IMG/VR virus record: IMGVR_UViG_3300044616_001723
Location: 1 to 61,833 of that record
Direction: 5' to 3' (one strand)
DNA: 61,833 nt
Origin: a virus
Taxonomy: Duplodnaviria > Caudoviricetes
The position numbers and the translations under genes were made by a program. Numbering within the stretch: the stretch's first letter is position 1; each line of letters opens with the position of its first letter. This document shows positions 10,042-19,583 of the stretch, piece after piece. Under the pieces are notes generated by a model. It saw nothing but the letters and a program-made list of their open reading frames with translations. It was not told the origin of the DNA and made no database searches.

Positions 10042-11757
10042 TCACTGCTGCCGGAATCCCGTTGGCCATCCGTTCGTCGTGCGAACCCCTTGCATAGCCC
10101 CAACCACAAGCGGCTTCCTTGGGCCCATGGCTGCCTCTGCGGCCTTCTTTTCGTCTTTGCTCACGACTTCCGCGCCGATGCCAAACAGGCCGTCGATGAG
10201 CGCAGAGACGGCGTCGGCGTGTTTCGTCGTCGTTCCCCTGCCATCGGCGAGATCCGCCACCGTCGTGCGCGGCACGATGATCACGATCTTGCCGTTTCTG
10301 TTCACGGCCGTGATTGAGTTGAGCTGCACCCGAAGCGATTCCCTTACTTGCTCCGGTAGCGAACCGAGACGAAAGCGGCGTTTCGCAAGCAAACCCTGCA
10401 AAACCGTATACCGCGCGATCTTTGCCTCATGCCCGTCCGGCGGATGACGCAACGTGATCCGATATGGATCCAAGTGCTCTTTGTACGCTTCCGAATAATG
10501 CCGGTCTGCCCACACCGATGCGATCTCGAAGCCTCGAAGGATCACGGCAAATTCTGTGCATGTCTTGCTCGGCAGCAGCGGTTGCCCCTTCGCCGGAGAT
10601 ACCTCGCGCAACGCTGGAGATCCATAAGTGCCGTCGTCGTACGCGTAGACGATTCCGAGCGCCGCCGAGTCCTTCGTAAAACCCAAGTCGCTCCCCGCGC
10701 TTCGGTCGATCGGAGCGTACTCCGGCAGCATCATTTGCAGCGCTTCCGCCACTGCTACTGCATCGAAGAACGAACGGCTTCCCTTCGGCAGCGGAATGGC
10801 CAGAAGCTCGCGATCTGCGTTGATGTCCCCGCCTGGCAGCGAACGCTGCGCAGCTTCGTCCGATCCGTCTGGATCGAAGAGCGGATTTAGCCACCTTGTC
10901 GGAACACGCGCGACGACAAGAGCATGCGCGTGTTTCCCCCAATTTGCCGCGATCAGCTCTTCCATGAGTCCTTCGCCTTCGACCCATGGCGTGGACACGA
11001 TCCAAACAGATGCGCCTCGAGCCAAGCGCGGGCGAAGGCCGTCGAACACGGCTTGATCGTTCACCGCTGCACCTGGATCGGCCGCGAAGAAACACGCCTC
11101 TTCTAGGCCGGCGAAGACGATCGTGAATCCGCGTGCAGCTTCGCCGCCCCTTGCTGCGCTGGTGACTTCGATGCGCACACGAGCGCCGTCAGGACGCTCT
11201 ATCGTGATGCTCTCTCGCGTGACCATCATCCGCCCGCGTTCGTCCCGAGCAACCGCCGCACTCAGTATCGGCGAACGTCGGATCATGCCGACGACAAACC
11301 TGAACGTTTGCTTCGCGTGCCGGCGCTTCGGGCCGATCAAAACGGCCGCTGCCTCTTCACCCGGAGCGAGCAAAGACAGGTCTGCCGTCCACGCACTGTG
11401 AACGCATTTTGTCGCTAGAAATCGCGAGGTTTTACCGCTTCCACGACCAGCTCCCAACGTGACGATTCGGGCTTGCTTTCCAATCGGAAGCATGGAGACG
11501 ACACACCCGAAGATCTGCTCTGCACGTTTGTCGTCGAGACGTGGACGAACCCCATCGCTTGCGTCGACGATCGCCCAACCAACATCTGTGTAAAGTTCTG
11601 GACGAACCCCTCTTGGATCGAGATACGGCCTTGCGAATTGGTCGCTTTCTAGAAACTCTCGAAACGATAGCTTCATCGACTGCGCCGCTTTTTTGCGCGC
11701 TATACGACGATCGATCGCCTCGACAAACGCACCAGATATCTCGTTCTGCTGACTCAT
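10042..11757 (-). CDS. terL: Terminase large subunit
   Basis: Walker A GRGSGKT, Walker B-like GLEEACF, IVSTP, nuclease motifs GSDLGFTKD and HADAVSAL. Confidence 0.93.
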   Translation of the reverse strand: MSQQNEISGAFVEAIDRRIARKKAAQSMKLSFREFLESDQFARPYLDPRGVRPELYTDVGWAIVDASDGVRPRLDDKRAEQIFGCVVSMLPIGKQARIVTLGAGRGSGKTSRFLATKCVHSAWTADLSLLAPGEEAAAVLIGPKRRHAKQTFRFVVGMIRRSPILSAAVARDERGRMMVTRESITIERPDGARVRIEVTSAARGGEAARGFTIVFAGLEEACFFAADPGAAVNDQAVFDGLRPRLARGASVWIVSTPWVEGEGLMEELIAANWGKHAHALVVARVPTRWLNPLFDPDGSDEAAQRSLPGGDINADRELLAIPLPKGSRSFFDAVAVAEALQMMLPEYAPIDRSAGSDLGFTKDSAALGIVYAYDDGTYGSPALREVSPAKGQPLLPSKTCTEFAVILRGFEIASVWADRHYSEAYKEHLDPYRITLRHPPDGHEAKIARYTVLQGLLAKRRFRLGSLPEQVRESLRVQLNSITAVNRNGKIVIIVPRTTVADLADGRGTTTKHADAVSALIDGLFGIGAEVVSKDEKKAAEAAMGPRKPLVVGAMQGVRTTNGWPTGFRQQ

Positions 11758-12794
11758 GCAGCCTCGGACAAAACTTTCCGAACAGGCGCAAGACACTCTT
11801 CGCAGATCGTGTCAACGATTTTGTTCACAGTCGTTGAGAAATGCGGATGGTTGATGACGTTGATCGTCGTGCCTGTCGGAAACAACCCGAGAAGCTTCCC
11901 GAGGCTGACGATCACGCCCTCGGCGGTTTTGATCGCCGCGCCGACTGCCTTCACGTTTTCCGCCGTCAATCCCCCTTCACCGTCTCCATCGCCGCCCGCC
12001 TTGGTGGTCAATAGCGACTTGGCCGTCGTCACAAGATTCTCCGCATCGACCACAAGCGCCTCGAGCCGGCCCCGGAAAGCTTCGGCAGTCGTGAGGTTTG
12101 CCCGTTCGAGCATTTCGAGCCGAGCCGCCAAAATTGCGCGACCAACGCATTCGTCCCGATGTCGCCGAATGCCAGTGTCCGACGTCCCCGGAAACATTCT
12201 TTCAATGCGTGTGTATGGGACGCCTTCGGCCATTGCATTCTCGATGGCCGTCCGTTCGTCGTGACTGCATACCTTGCACAAAGGGCCCGGCCTCGGCTTG
12301 GCCTGCACCAAAAGGATCGCCCTCGCTTGCTCTTCGGCGCTGACGTCGTTTTTGTTTTCTTCGGAACCATTTGTTGTGGTGGTGGATCCGCCGGTTGGGC
12401 CCGGTTCATCCGCCACCACAACAGCCACCACCGGCGCTTGTTCTGGTGGCGGATCGGTTTGTAGTGGTGGCTGATTGGACTTGGCGCTTGGTTCCGTTGG
12501 CGGGGCCTTGGCGTCCGACGCGTCATCGATTGGTGGGTCGGTCGGTACAGTTGTTTGGCGCGTTCCTTTTGAAGACGGCGGGTCGGTCCCGTGATTCCTT
12601 GCATGACGCTTCAGCGAACTTTCGTTCACCTTGAACCGACCAGCTATTTTTGCCCAGCTTTCGCCTGATTGCTCGCGCCCACGAAGAGCCGCATTTATCG
12701 GCTCGCGTTCGTCGTGGTTGCAGATCGTGCACCTCGTTCGATCCCCTTGGTCGCTTCGGTCGGTCGGATCGTTCGCTCCCGGTCGGTCGGTCAT
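11754..12794 (-). CDS. Putative terminase small subunit with two CxxCxH Zn-HTH domains
   Basis: Overlaps TerL start; CTICNHDER...SLKRHARNH and CKVCSHDER...GIRRHRDEC; C-terminal helical LGKLLG region. Confidence 0.65.
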   Translation of the reverse strand: MTDRPGANDPTDRSDQGDRTRCTICNHDEREPINAALRGREQSGESWAKIAGRFKVNESSLKRHARNHGTDPPSSKGTRQTTVPTDPPIDDASDAKAPPTEPSAKSNQPPLQTDPPPEQAPVVAVVVADEPGPTGGSTTTTNGSEENKNDVSAEEQARAILLVQAKPRPGPLCKVCSHDERTAIENAMAEGVPYTRIERMFPGTSDTGIRRHRDECVGRAILAARLEMLERANLTTAEAFRGRLEALVVDAENLVTTAKSLLTTKAGGDGDGEGGLTAENVKAVGAAIKTAEGVIVSLGKLLGLFPTGTTINVINHPHFSTTVNKIVDTICEECLAPVRKVLSEAA

Positions 12795-12823
12795 TTTTCC
12801 ACTTTATCACGACCGACCGACCG
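12780..12823. repeat. 13-bp inverted repeat of (CGGT)n flanking TerS start and -10 box
   Basis: CGGTCGGTCGGTC (12780-12792) and GACCGACCGACCG (12811-12823) with an 18-nt spacer. Confidence 0.8.
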
Positions 12824-12974
12824 ACTGCCACGTGTGATTGGTTCCTTTTATCGATTCTAAGTGGTGGCGGATCCGCCGCTTACTTCGTACGAATCACTAA
12901 TTTACGCGCGACGATGCAGCGCGTTGGGTGGATTCGATGAAGGACCAGTGTCCGTCTGCATGCTAAAATGGCGC

Positions 12975-13139
12975 ATGACTTCCACCCCCGATCCAAACCC
13001 CAAACCGTCGTCCGGCGCCGGCAACAATGCTTCACCGCGACGCACCGTGACGTCTTGCATTCGATCGTTCGTCTTGGGACTATGGCGACGCCTTCGAGGA
13101 ATAACCGTCCCATACCCCACGAAGCCCACCAAGCCATGA
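12975..13139 (+). CDS. Small hypothetical peptide, probably leaderless
   Basis: TGCTAAAAT extended -10 at 12961-12969 just upstream of ATG; ATGA overlap with next gene. Confidence 0.5.
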   Translation: MTSTPDPNPKPSSGAGNNASPRRTVTSCIRSFVLGLWRRLRGITVPYPTKPTKP

Positions 13140-13624
13140 TCGACCTGCAAAACCTTATCGCGCACATGATTCTGCCGTTCGTCGCATTCGCCACGTGGCG
13201 ACGTTCACGGCTCGTTTCTGCGGCCCTGGCAATCGCGTTTGTCGTCGCAACCGTGTATCTGCTCATTCCATGGGATCCGCTCCGTTGGGGATGTGCCGGC
13301 GTCACTGGCAGCTTGGGTATCGTTGCGCTCGTCCGTCAGATGCGTCTTCGGTACCAGCGAACGACGTTCGTCCCGTGGACTCCAGACGTACTTGCCGCGA
13401 TGCTCGTCGGCTCGTCCGTGGCCGATTACGTCTCGTTATGGCGCGAGGCCCATGGGCATCCGTGGGGTGCACTTTCGTTTTGGCAAATCGTCGTTTGTCT
13501 TGTCATGGCCGGTTTGTCATTTTCCGGCAAACGACCCGCCAAAGCCAACGATCGCGAATCCGTCTCGCGCATGCTCGCCGTCATGAAAACTGACCTTGCG
13601 GCACTGCAAGCGTTCAAAAACTAA
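13136..13624 (+). CDS. Multi-pass membrane protein
   Basis: 4-5 hydrophobic segments; translationally coupled to upstream peptide. Confidence 0.65.
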   Translation: MIDLQNLIAHMILPFVAFATWRRSRLVSAALAIAFVVATVYLLIPWDPLRWGCAGVTGSLGIVALVRQMRLRYQRTTFVPWTPDVLAAMLVGSSVADYVSLWREAHGHPWGALSFWQIVVCLVMAGLSFSGKRPAKANDRESVSRMLAVMKTDLAALQAFKN

Positions 13625-13703
13625 CCGCGTTTCATCGGACTATCTACGTCCTACCGCCCACGATCCGGCGCGGCTTTCTGAACTTGCGTGGTATAATTTG
13701 TCG

Positions 13704-13931
13704 GTGGATTGGTACGGCTTTGTTCTGGCAGGGCTTGCGCTCGCGACGACTACGGGCGCGATGCTTGGCTTGGCCGTTGCGTTCGCCGCGAGGGGCGCGG
13801 CGCGATACTTTCGGGAGCGCACTGAGCGGCTTCTGGACTTGGCGGAGGCGCTGGATCGGAAGGTGGCGGAAGACGTCCAGACCGTTCCAAACGATCCAGC
13901 ACACCCGACACCCGCTCCATTACCGCGCTAA
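13704..13931 (+). CDS. Small single-pass membrane protein
   Basis: TGGTATAAT extended -10 immediately upstream of GTG; TM segment followed by charged helix. Confidence 0.45.
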   Translation: MDWYGFVLAGLALATTTGAMLGLAVAFAARGAARYFRERTERLLDLAEALDRKVAEDVQTVPNDPAHPTPAPLPR

Positions 13932-14139
13932 GTTTTATGAGCGCCGTCGTCCCCGCATTCATTTCTTTACGAATGTCGGTTCCGACGCCGACAATGCCGA
14001 GTTTTTCCGACCCGCGCCAAATGACGAGGATTGTCGCGCAACCGGCGAACACGACGAGCACAACGGCGCCAACCGCCGTCATATCCCGGACAAACGCGCT
14101 TACCTCTGCCGGATTCAACCAACCGCTTTGAAATGACAT
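13750..14139 (-). CDS. Membrane protein, possible holin
   Basis: One TM segment, helical region, Pro-rich tail; ends the 14-16 kb gene run. Confidence 0.4.
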   Translation of the reverse strand: MSFQSGWLNPAEVSAFVRDMTAVGAVVLVVFAGCATILVIWRGSEKLGIVGVGTDIRKEMNAGTTALIKLSAVMERVSGVLDRLERSGRLPPPSDPAPPPSPEAAQCAPESIAPRPSRRTQRPSQASRP

Positions 14140-14326
14140 CGTCTACCCCTTTATCGCCTGATTATCCGATTGCCAGGCTGCATGACCTGCGGAGTTGGTT
14201 CTGTCGATGCCTGTCCATTGACGTCATTGACGGCAACACGGGTCGACCCGACCGGGGTCGTGGACGTTGGGACCGATGGATCGACGACTGCGTTTACGGG
14301 AACCTGTACGCTCGCCATTGGTCACC

Positions 14327-15454
14327 TCACGACGCAAGGAAATCTTGACCGGGAACCCACGGTCGGAACTGATCACCAACAACCGCAAGACGCCCCGCGG
14401 GATATGGCGACGACGCTGCGGAAATGTTGGTCGTGACAAGGGTCAAAGGAGCCCACCAAACGTCGTTCAATTCGCCGTGCACGCCTTGAACGGGGGCCGC
14501 CGATTTGCCAAGCGACTGTTCATACATGTCCCATTCGTCAGAAATTCCGTTCACCGCAGTTGCGAGCGTCATCGCCAACGTTCCGGCAATGTATGGCGCG
14601 GCCAGCGAGAACGTGACGGCCTGCGCTTCTGCGTACGCGTAAAAATTTGCCACGGTATGCATGAGCGAAACGGTGACAACCGAGTTTGCAGCGGATGCGC
14701 CTTTGCAGTACACGACCGACGGGTTTGTCCAATTGGCGCTGGACACGACCGGCTTTTCGACACGAAAGACCGTGTTTGGTTCTCCGCCGTTGCACATGAT
14801 CACTTCGAACACATCACCAACATCCGTTTTCCAGACGTGGATTTTCAGTGCTGCGTTTGTCGTGGAAACGCCACCCCACGCTGCCAACGTCTGCACAGTG
14901 TATGCACCTACTGGAGTTGACGGATTGGCCGTGGTTGTACCTGCGGCAAAACGATTGCCCGTTGCCGCGTACGGCGAAACGATGACGGTGTGCGTCGCTC
15001 CGCTCGCATTGGCAGCATCGAAGGCGATCATTACCTCGACTCCGATCACGGTGAAATCGAAGATTGCCCACGTGTGCGCATTGCCCGCCGCCGCGAACAC
15101 GAAGTGGGTCGGTAGCGTGATGTTGTTCACGCCAAGCGACGAAACTGCCGAGCCGTTGCAGGTGTATCGAATCGCCGCGAAGTTAGCAGGGGATGCAACC
15201 GCGTTGCCGTTCGTATCGTACCAGTCGAACGTTCCCGCTCCGACGTCTCCATTGACGTTATACGAACCGAGTCCGAGTAGCGCATTGAACATGTTGAGCA
15301 ATGCAGTGCGGTTGGTTGTGAGCGTGTCGGCTTGCGCGGCAAGCGCATTGTTAGGCGAGATCTGCCAGTTCTTTTTGAATGCGTAGAGAGTCATCGGTTC
15401 ACCTGGTTTGCAAGTGTAGTTTCTGGCCGGTGTGTCCGGCAGCGGCGACGACAA
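14327..15454 (-). CDS. Putative virion structural protein
   Basis: 375 aa, A/T/N/V-rich beta-type composition. Confidence 0.5.
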   Translation of the reverse strand: MSSPLPDTPARNYTCKPGEPMTLYAFKKNWQISPNNALAAQADTLTTNRTALLNMFNALLGLGSYNVNGDVGAGTFDWYDTNGNAVASPANFAAIRYTCNGSAVSSLGVNNITLPTHFVFAAAGNAHTWAIFDFTVIGVEVMIAFDAANASGATHTVIVSPYAATGNRFAAGTTTANPSTPVGAYTVQTLAAWGGVSTTNAALKIHVWKTDVGDVFEVIMCNGGEPNTVFRVEKPVVSSANWTNPSVVYCKGASAANSVVTVSLMHTVANFYAYAEAQAVTFSLAAPYIAGTLAMTLATAVNGISDEWDMYEQSLGKSAAPVQGVHGELNDVWWAPLTLVTTNISAASSPYPAGRLAVVGDQFRPWVPGQDFLAS

Positions 15455-16025
15455 ACCCCTGGTCGGCGTTTGTCATTCGAGGAATAAGAGCGCCTTCACG
15501 CTTGAGCCATCCAGGAGTATTCACCGAATCGATATCGGCATCCCCGAAGTAGATCGGATGCGTATTGTCCGCGTGCGCGATAACCAGCATTTCCGAACAC
15601 GGGATGTCCGGCAATTGCGTCAATCCGCTTGGTTCGACGCCAACCGTTATCAACGTGCTCGTTTTCCACATTCCGAGAGGCGCAGAAAGCAATCGCACTT
15701 CGTCCAGAATGTCCACAATGCTCGCGCCTGGCACGAACACGGGGAACATTGGTTCCCCCTCCGATGCGAAGACAACGATCAGCGGCAGCGCTGTGGTGCC
15801 TTCTTGAATCATCTCCTGACCACATCCAGGGAACGTCGTGCCCACGAGCTGATCGGTTATCGCGATCGTCTCCGTGGTTTGTCCCGTGAGAGGGCTCGCT
15901 GGTTTGATCACCAAATTGCCGGTGGCCAATGGCGTGATCGAGTTTATTTTCAGGCCCGGCGTAAGCTCGAACTTCAGCCCCCCGGCCGGGATCGAAGTGA
16001 CTTTTTTCATGGTGGCAGCGGACAT
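15399..16025 (-). CDS. Hypothetical protein, possibly structural
   Basis: 208 aa; LVIAHADNTHPIYFGD beta-sandwich-like motif. Confidence 0.5.
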   Translation of the reverse strand: MSAATMKKVTSIPAGGLKFELTPGLKINSITPLATGNLVIKPASPLTGQTTETIAITDQLVGTTFPGCGQEMIQEGTTALPLIVVFASEGEPMFPVFVPGASIVDILDEVRLLSAPLGMWKTSTLITVGVEPSGLTQLPDIPCSEMLVIAHADNTHPIYFGDADIDSVNTPGWLKREGALIPRMTNADQGFVVAAAGHTGQKLHLQTR

Positions 16026-16146
16026 ACCGACGACGCTGCCACGGTCGAACCCGCCTGTCTAGCAAAAAAGTGCTGTTGGATCCAGCCGTCTTGGGTGTGG
16101 CTGCTCGAGCTCCGGGCGACGTATCGTCGCCGGCGCCGAACGACGG

Positions 16147-16623
16147 TCATGGTGCGAAGGTGTATTGGGGCGATTCTTTGGACTCGCCGTCTCGAAGGCC
16201 GCAGAGGCCTCGAACGTATTCGAATGCCGCTTCGTGAGCATCGAATTGAGCATTTGTCAGGCGGTTGAACAGGTTCCGGTGAACGCTCTTTCCGGACGCC
16301 ACCAAGATCATCCTGTGCCCCGCGAGCGCTCGAGCGGCGAGAGCGATCCCGAGTTCCGTCGCGGCCCCTTCCGAGAGCTGCTGCGGAACGAGGATCCAGA
16401 CGATGTCTGCGGAAAGCACCGCATCGAAGTCTCGTTTCGCGACGCCCTGCCAAGCCTGGTGCACGTTTTTGTCCAGCCAACCCAAAAGCCAATCGGGATC
16501 GTAGCTGTCGCAAGCCGTCCAATCATAGGCGACTTCGATACCCGCTTCGCGGGCCCGCTGAATCCACTTCTGACCAACGTCGATCCGTTCGGTGGATCCC
16601 CCGGCGATGTAGACCCGCTTCAC
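16147..16623 (-). CDS. Nucleoside 2-deoxyribosyltransferase/dNMP hydrolase family protein
   Basis: RVYIAGG...DWT...DFDAVLSADIVWIL...SEGAATELGIALA. Confidence 0.8.
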   Translation of the reverse strand: MKRVYIAGGSTERIDVGQKWIQRAREAGIEVAYDWTACDSYDPDWLLGWLDKNVHQAWQGVAKRDFDAVLSADIVWILVPQQLSEGAATELGIALAARALAGHRMILVASGKSVHRNLFNRLTNAQFDAHEAAFEYVRGLCGLRDGESKESPQYTFAP

Positions 16624-16778
16624 GTGTTTGTCGCGACAGATGGCCCGTGACGAATCGCATGAAGCACCGCGAATGCCCGCGTGCCTTCGAGCCAAAGCCC
16701 TGCCGAGGATCGTCTCCGACCCGTCGCGGACTGCGTTCGTGCGCCCATTGCACGACGTTCGTTGGTTGCCGTCGTGAC

Positions 16779-17696
16779 TCATTGGCCACCCTCGACAACC
16801 GCGCCGCAATGCCTTCCCGAGTCCAGATGTTTGGAAATGATGGCTTCGGCTTTCGCGCGATCTTCTTCCTCGAGTTCGACGCCAGGATGCGGCGTCCCGC
16901 CATCATGCAGCGCGATCGCGAGCGGGACGCCGCCGCACCCGACACACAAGCCGTCTTGGTCCACAGCCGGCGATGCGGAGCACGCGCAAGTCACGCACGA
17001 TCCGCACGGGCATCCTTGCAATTGGAACGTGATTGGTGGCAACCCGTCGTTCAGCCTTTGTATTTCTGCTGCATCCGGCGTATTGCCCAATCCCATCACG
17101 TAAACAACAGCGTAGCCATTCGCTTGTGATATCGCGCGAAGCTTGTTCAGGTTCTCGTTCATCACATATTCCAACGAAATGCCCATGGAGTCAGCCATCG
17201 AATCAACAAAAGCGAGAATCTTGCCGAGTTCTTCGACAATCGACTTTTGACGATTCTCTGTCAGAGCGCCATAATCATCACGGATCGCCTTCTTCATGTG
17301 CTCGGCAATGCGTCCGGCGTGAATGACGATTTTGCAACCGAATGCGAGAGCCAACGGCAAGTCGCTTGTCGCCATTCTGTGATTGGTATCGAGTGCCGAC
17401 ATGTGCACACCCAATTCGTCGCAAATTGCCGCGATGTACCACAATACATCACCAAGCTCTTGTATGGTGTTCAGTCGTTGCCACGGGTGCAACAGCAGCG
17501 TTTCGACGACCTCGGAAGATTCGCCAACAAGGCCAAAAAAGATCAAGTGCCCCGAACGCTTGTCCGGGAATCGAGCAAGTCGCGCCGATTCGAGCTGATA
17601 CGCGTCAAGCGCAAGCCGCAACCGGGTCAACTCGTTTTCCCCGTACTTTGCTTCGGGTCCGTTTTTCACCAGCATACTTTCCATCGTACGATTCAC
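16779..17696 (-). CDS. MazG-like NTP pyrophosphohydrolase (tandem domains)
   Basis: GLVGESSEVVE...ELGDVLWYIA; second repeat EHMKKAIRD...EELGKIL...NLNKL. Confidence 0.85.
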   Translation of the reverse strand: MNRTMESMLVKNGPEAKYGENELTRLRLALDAYQLESARLARFPDKRSGHLIFFGLVGESSEVVETLLLHPWQRLNTIQELGDVLWYIAAICDELGVHMSALDTNHRMATSDLPLALAFGCKIVIHAGRIAEHMKKAIRDDYGALTENRQKSIVEELGKILAFVDSMADSMGISLEYVMNENLNKLRAISQANGYAVVYVMGLGNTPDAAEIQRLNDGLPPITFQLQGCPCGSCVTCACSASPAVDQDGLCVGCGGVPLAIALHDGGTPHPGVELEEEDRAKAEAIISKHLDSGRHCGAVVEGGQ

Positions 17697-17991
17697 CTTT
17701 CGATGCTTGTGGAGAGCACCGCGGGCACATCCGCGGTGTGCATTTCTTGTTCTTCAGCGACCGTTCAAAGATCCTCGATTCGCCTTCCCACGTTCGAGTC
17801 ACGGACCATCCGATCCCCGCTGCAATGAGGGCCGCGAGCAGCCTCGCGCCTTGTCCGAGGCGATGCTCGTTCAGGCGTCGATCGAGGTCCGAGGCCCATC
17901 CGAGGTAATGCCGAGCATGCGCCAAAGGACGTTCGAAGCAAAGCAGATAGACCGTCCCCGGTACGTTTTTCTGACCCTTGAACCTATCCAT
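17605..17991 (-). CDS. GIY-YIG-like endonuclease
   Basis: VYLLCF...HYLGWASDLDRRLNEHRLG...ERSLK plus CPRC. Confidence 0.8.
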   Translation of the reverse strand: MDRFKGQKNVPGTVYLLCFERPLAHARHYLGWASDLDRRLNEHRLGQGARLLAALIAAGIGWSVTRTWEGESRIFERSLKNKKCTPRMCPRCSPQASKGESYDGKYAGEKRTRSKVRGKRVDPVAACA

Positions 17992-18418
17992 GGGCTTCTA
18001 CCGCCTTTTCGCACCGTGTTGTCGAAGCGCAGCCGATGTCCCCTTTGACCTGCGTCTTCAATGCGTCGATCTCGCGCTGCATCCGTGCCGTCTTTGCCTT
18101 TTCTTCGGCAAGCTGCTGTTGCCATACTCGATTTTTATCGAGTTCATTCAATAGCCGCTCGTGCTCCCATCGAAGATCATTGCTTTGGCCATCGCTATGC
18201 TTGCGCAAAAATTCACAATTCTTTTCGGCGAGAGCAAGTTTTGCGAACACTTCGCGCAAGCCTTCCGCAGTGAGGGCTTCTGTCGACTTGTGATTATATG
18301 CGACAGCGACCAGCGCGATCGCGTTTTTTGCTTTTTCTGAAGCTTCGGGCCATGGCTGGATCATAAACCCAGCGGCCCGAAGCTCTTCCCACAATCGTTG
18401 TGCGTCCGATGTCATCAC
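17984..18418 (-). CDS. Hypothetical coiled-coil protein
   Basis: In operon, overlaps both neighbours. Confidence 0.55.
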   Translation of the reverse strand: MMTSDAQRLWEELRAAGFMIQPWPEASEKAKNAIALVAVAYNHKSTEALTAEGLREVFAKLALAEKNCEFLRKHSDGQSNDLRWEHERLLNELDKNRVWQQQLAEEKAKTARMQREIDALKTQVKGDIGCASTTRCEKAVEAHG

Positions 18419-19269
18419 GCCGCCTTCGCTTTTCCGCCCGCATTCTTGGCCAGGTTCTTCCCGCCTGCCCTTCGATTGAATTCGGCAAGCAGATCCGCCC
18501 TCAAGAATTCGATGTGCAGGTTTCCGTTTTTGTGCGCCTTGAAGCGGAAGTATTCGGTTTCTCCTGTCCCATCCGGAGACGCGTTGATCGCATCCTCCAG
18601 CTCGCTATTGTACCGCTTTCCCGCGGCGCCTTTGCCGTCAAGAGCCTTGAACACATTTTCCAACGTCCTGAGACGTTGTTGCGATCCGAATGCTCCATGG
18701 TCGAAGTCCACGCGAAACATGCCACGTCCAAGAAGACACGATCGAGTCACCATGCTTGGACGAATGACCTTGTTTCCCACCAGCTCTTGCTTGTTTGTCA
18801 CGTACTTCGCCATATACGAATCAGCTCGCGGTCGGAGCCAATTGAACACTTCCTCGATCAATTCGTCGACAAGTGCATGCAGTGCTTCCGGCGTAATAAA
18901 GTTCGCCGCTAATTGCGCCACGCTTTGCTCGTTCAGCTCCGGCATCTTGCCTTCATCGAGCAGCTTGCGGAGCTGCTCGGCCTTTGTCTCGCTCATGACC
19001 GGCCAAATTTCCAACCGATCAACGATATGTTTCCACGCGTCACGCTCCATGCGTGCAATGATATCGTCAGCAGAATCGAACCCGCGTCGATAGTAGCCTT
19101 CCAAAACGATATCGATGCCGGAATGCCCGCCAAGCTTAAAGCGCTCGTTCAATGCCAATTGCGCTGCATTGATGATGCCTACAGCAGTGCGGACATCGTC
19201 ACACGCCTTGTGAAAGACTTGGATCAAGTCGCGAACTGTGGACCTTTGGACAAGACCTTCGCTGCTCAT
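18415..19269 (-). CDS. DUF4942-like protein
   Basis: C-terminal ETEYFRFKAHKNGNLHIEFLRADLLAEFN. Confidence 0.75.
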   Translation of the reverse strand: MSSEGLVQRSTVRDLIQVFHKACDDVRTAVGIINAAQLALNERFKLGGHSGIDIVLEGYYRRGFDSADDIIARMERDAWKHIVDRLEIWPVMSETKAEQLRKLLDEGKMPELNEQSVAQLAANFITPEALHALVDELIEEVFNWLRPRADSYMAKYVTNKQELVGNKVIRPSMVTRSCLLGRGMFRVDFDHGAFGSQQRLRTLENVFKALDGKGAAGKRYNSELEDAINASPDGTGETEYFRFKAHKNGNLHIEFLRADLLAEFNRRAGGKNLAKNAGGKAKAA

Positions 19270-19290
19270 AGTTCCTCGTATGAAAGTAAA

Positions 19291-19557
19291 TCAATGGCGA
19301 ACGACTCGCGTCCCCGCCGGTTCCCACCACACCGTCAAAACGCTCCGCGGAGAATCGATCGACCCGCCGTCGAGAGTGAGCAGCGACGCCGCAAGGCTGC
19401 CCTTGTGCCCATACCCGAACGATGCCGTCGAGAGACGGGCAAACGAATACCGATGCTCGATGCCATCCATTCCGGCCTCGAGCGCTGCGTCTACGGCAGC
19501 AATCACGGCCGCATCTTCAAGCCCTGGATTCGCAACGATGTCTTTCAATTCGATCAT
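19291..19557 (-). CDS. Hypothetical protein
   Basis: ORF with SD-like GAGGG; fills operon. Confidence 0.45.
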   Translation of the reverse strand: MIELKDIVANPGLEDAAVIAAVDAALEAGMDGIEHRYSFARLSTASFGYGHKGSLAASLLTLDGGSIDSPRSVLTVWWEPAGTRVVRH

Positions 19558-19583
19558 GACAAGGCCCTCTTTCGTCGCTTCGT

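Noticed and set aside
16147-17696. Z-base or other genome-wide base substitution pathway
   Set aside because: No PurZ, thymidylate synthase-like, Que or DNA polymerase genes recognised
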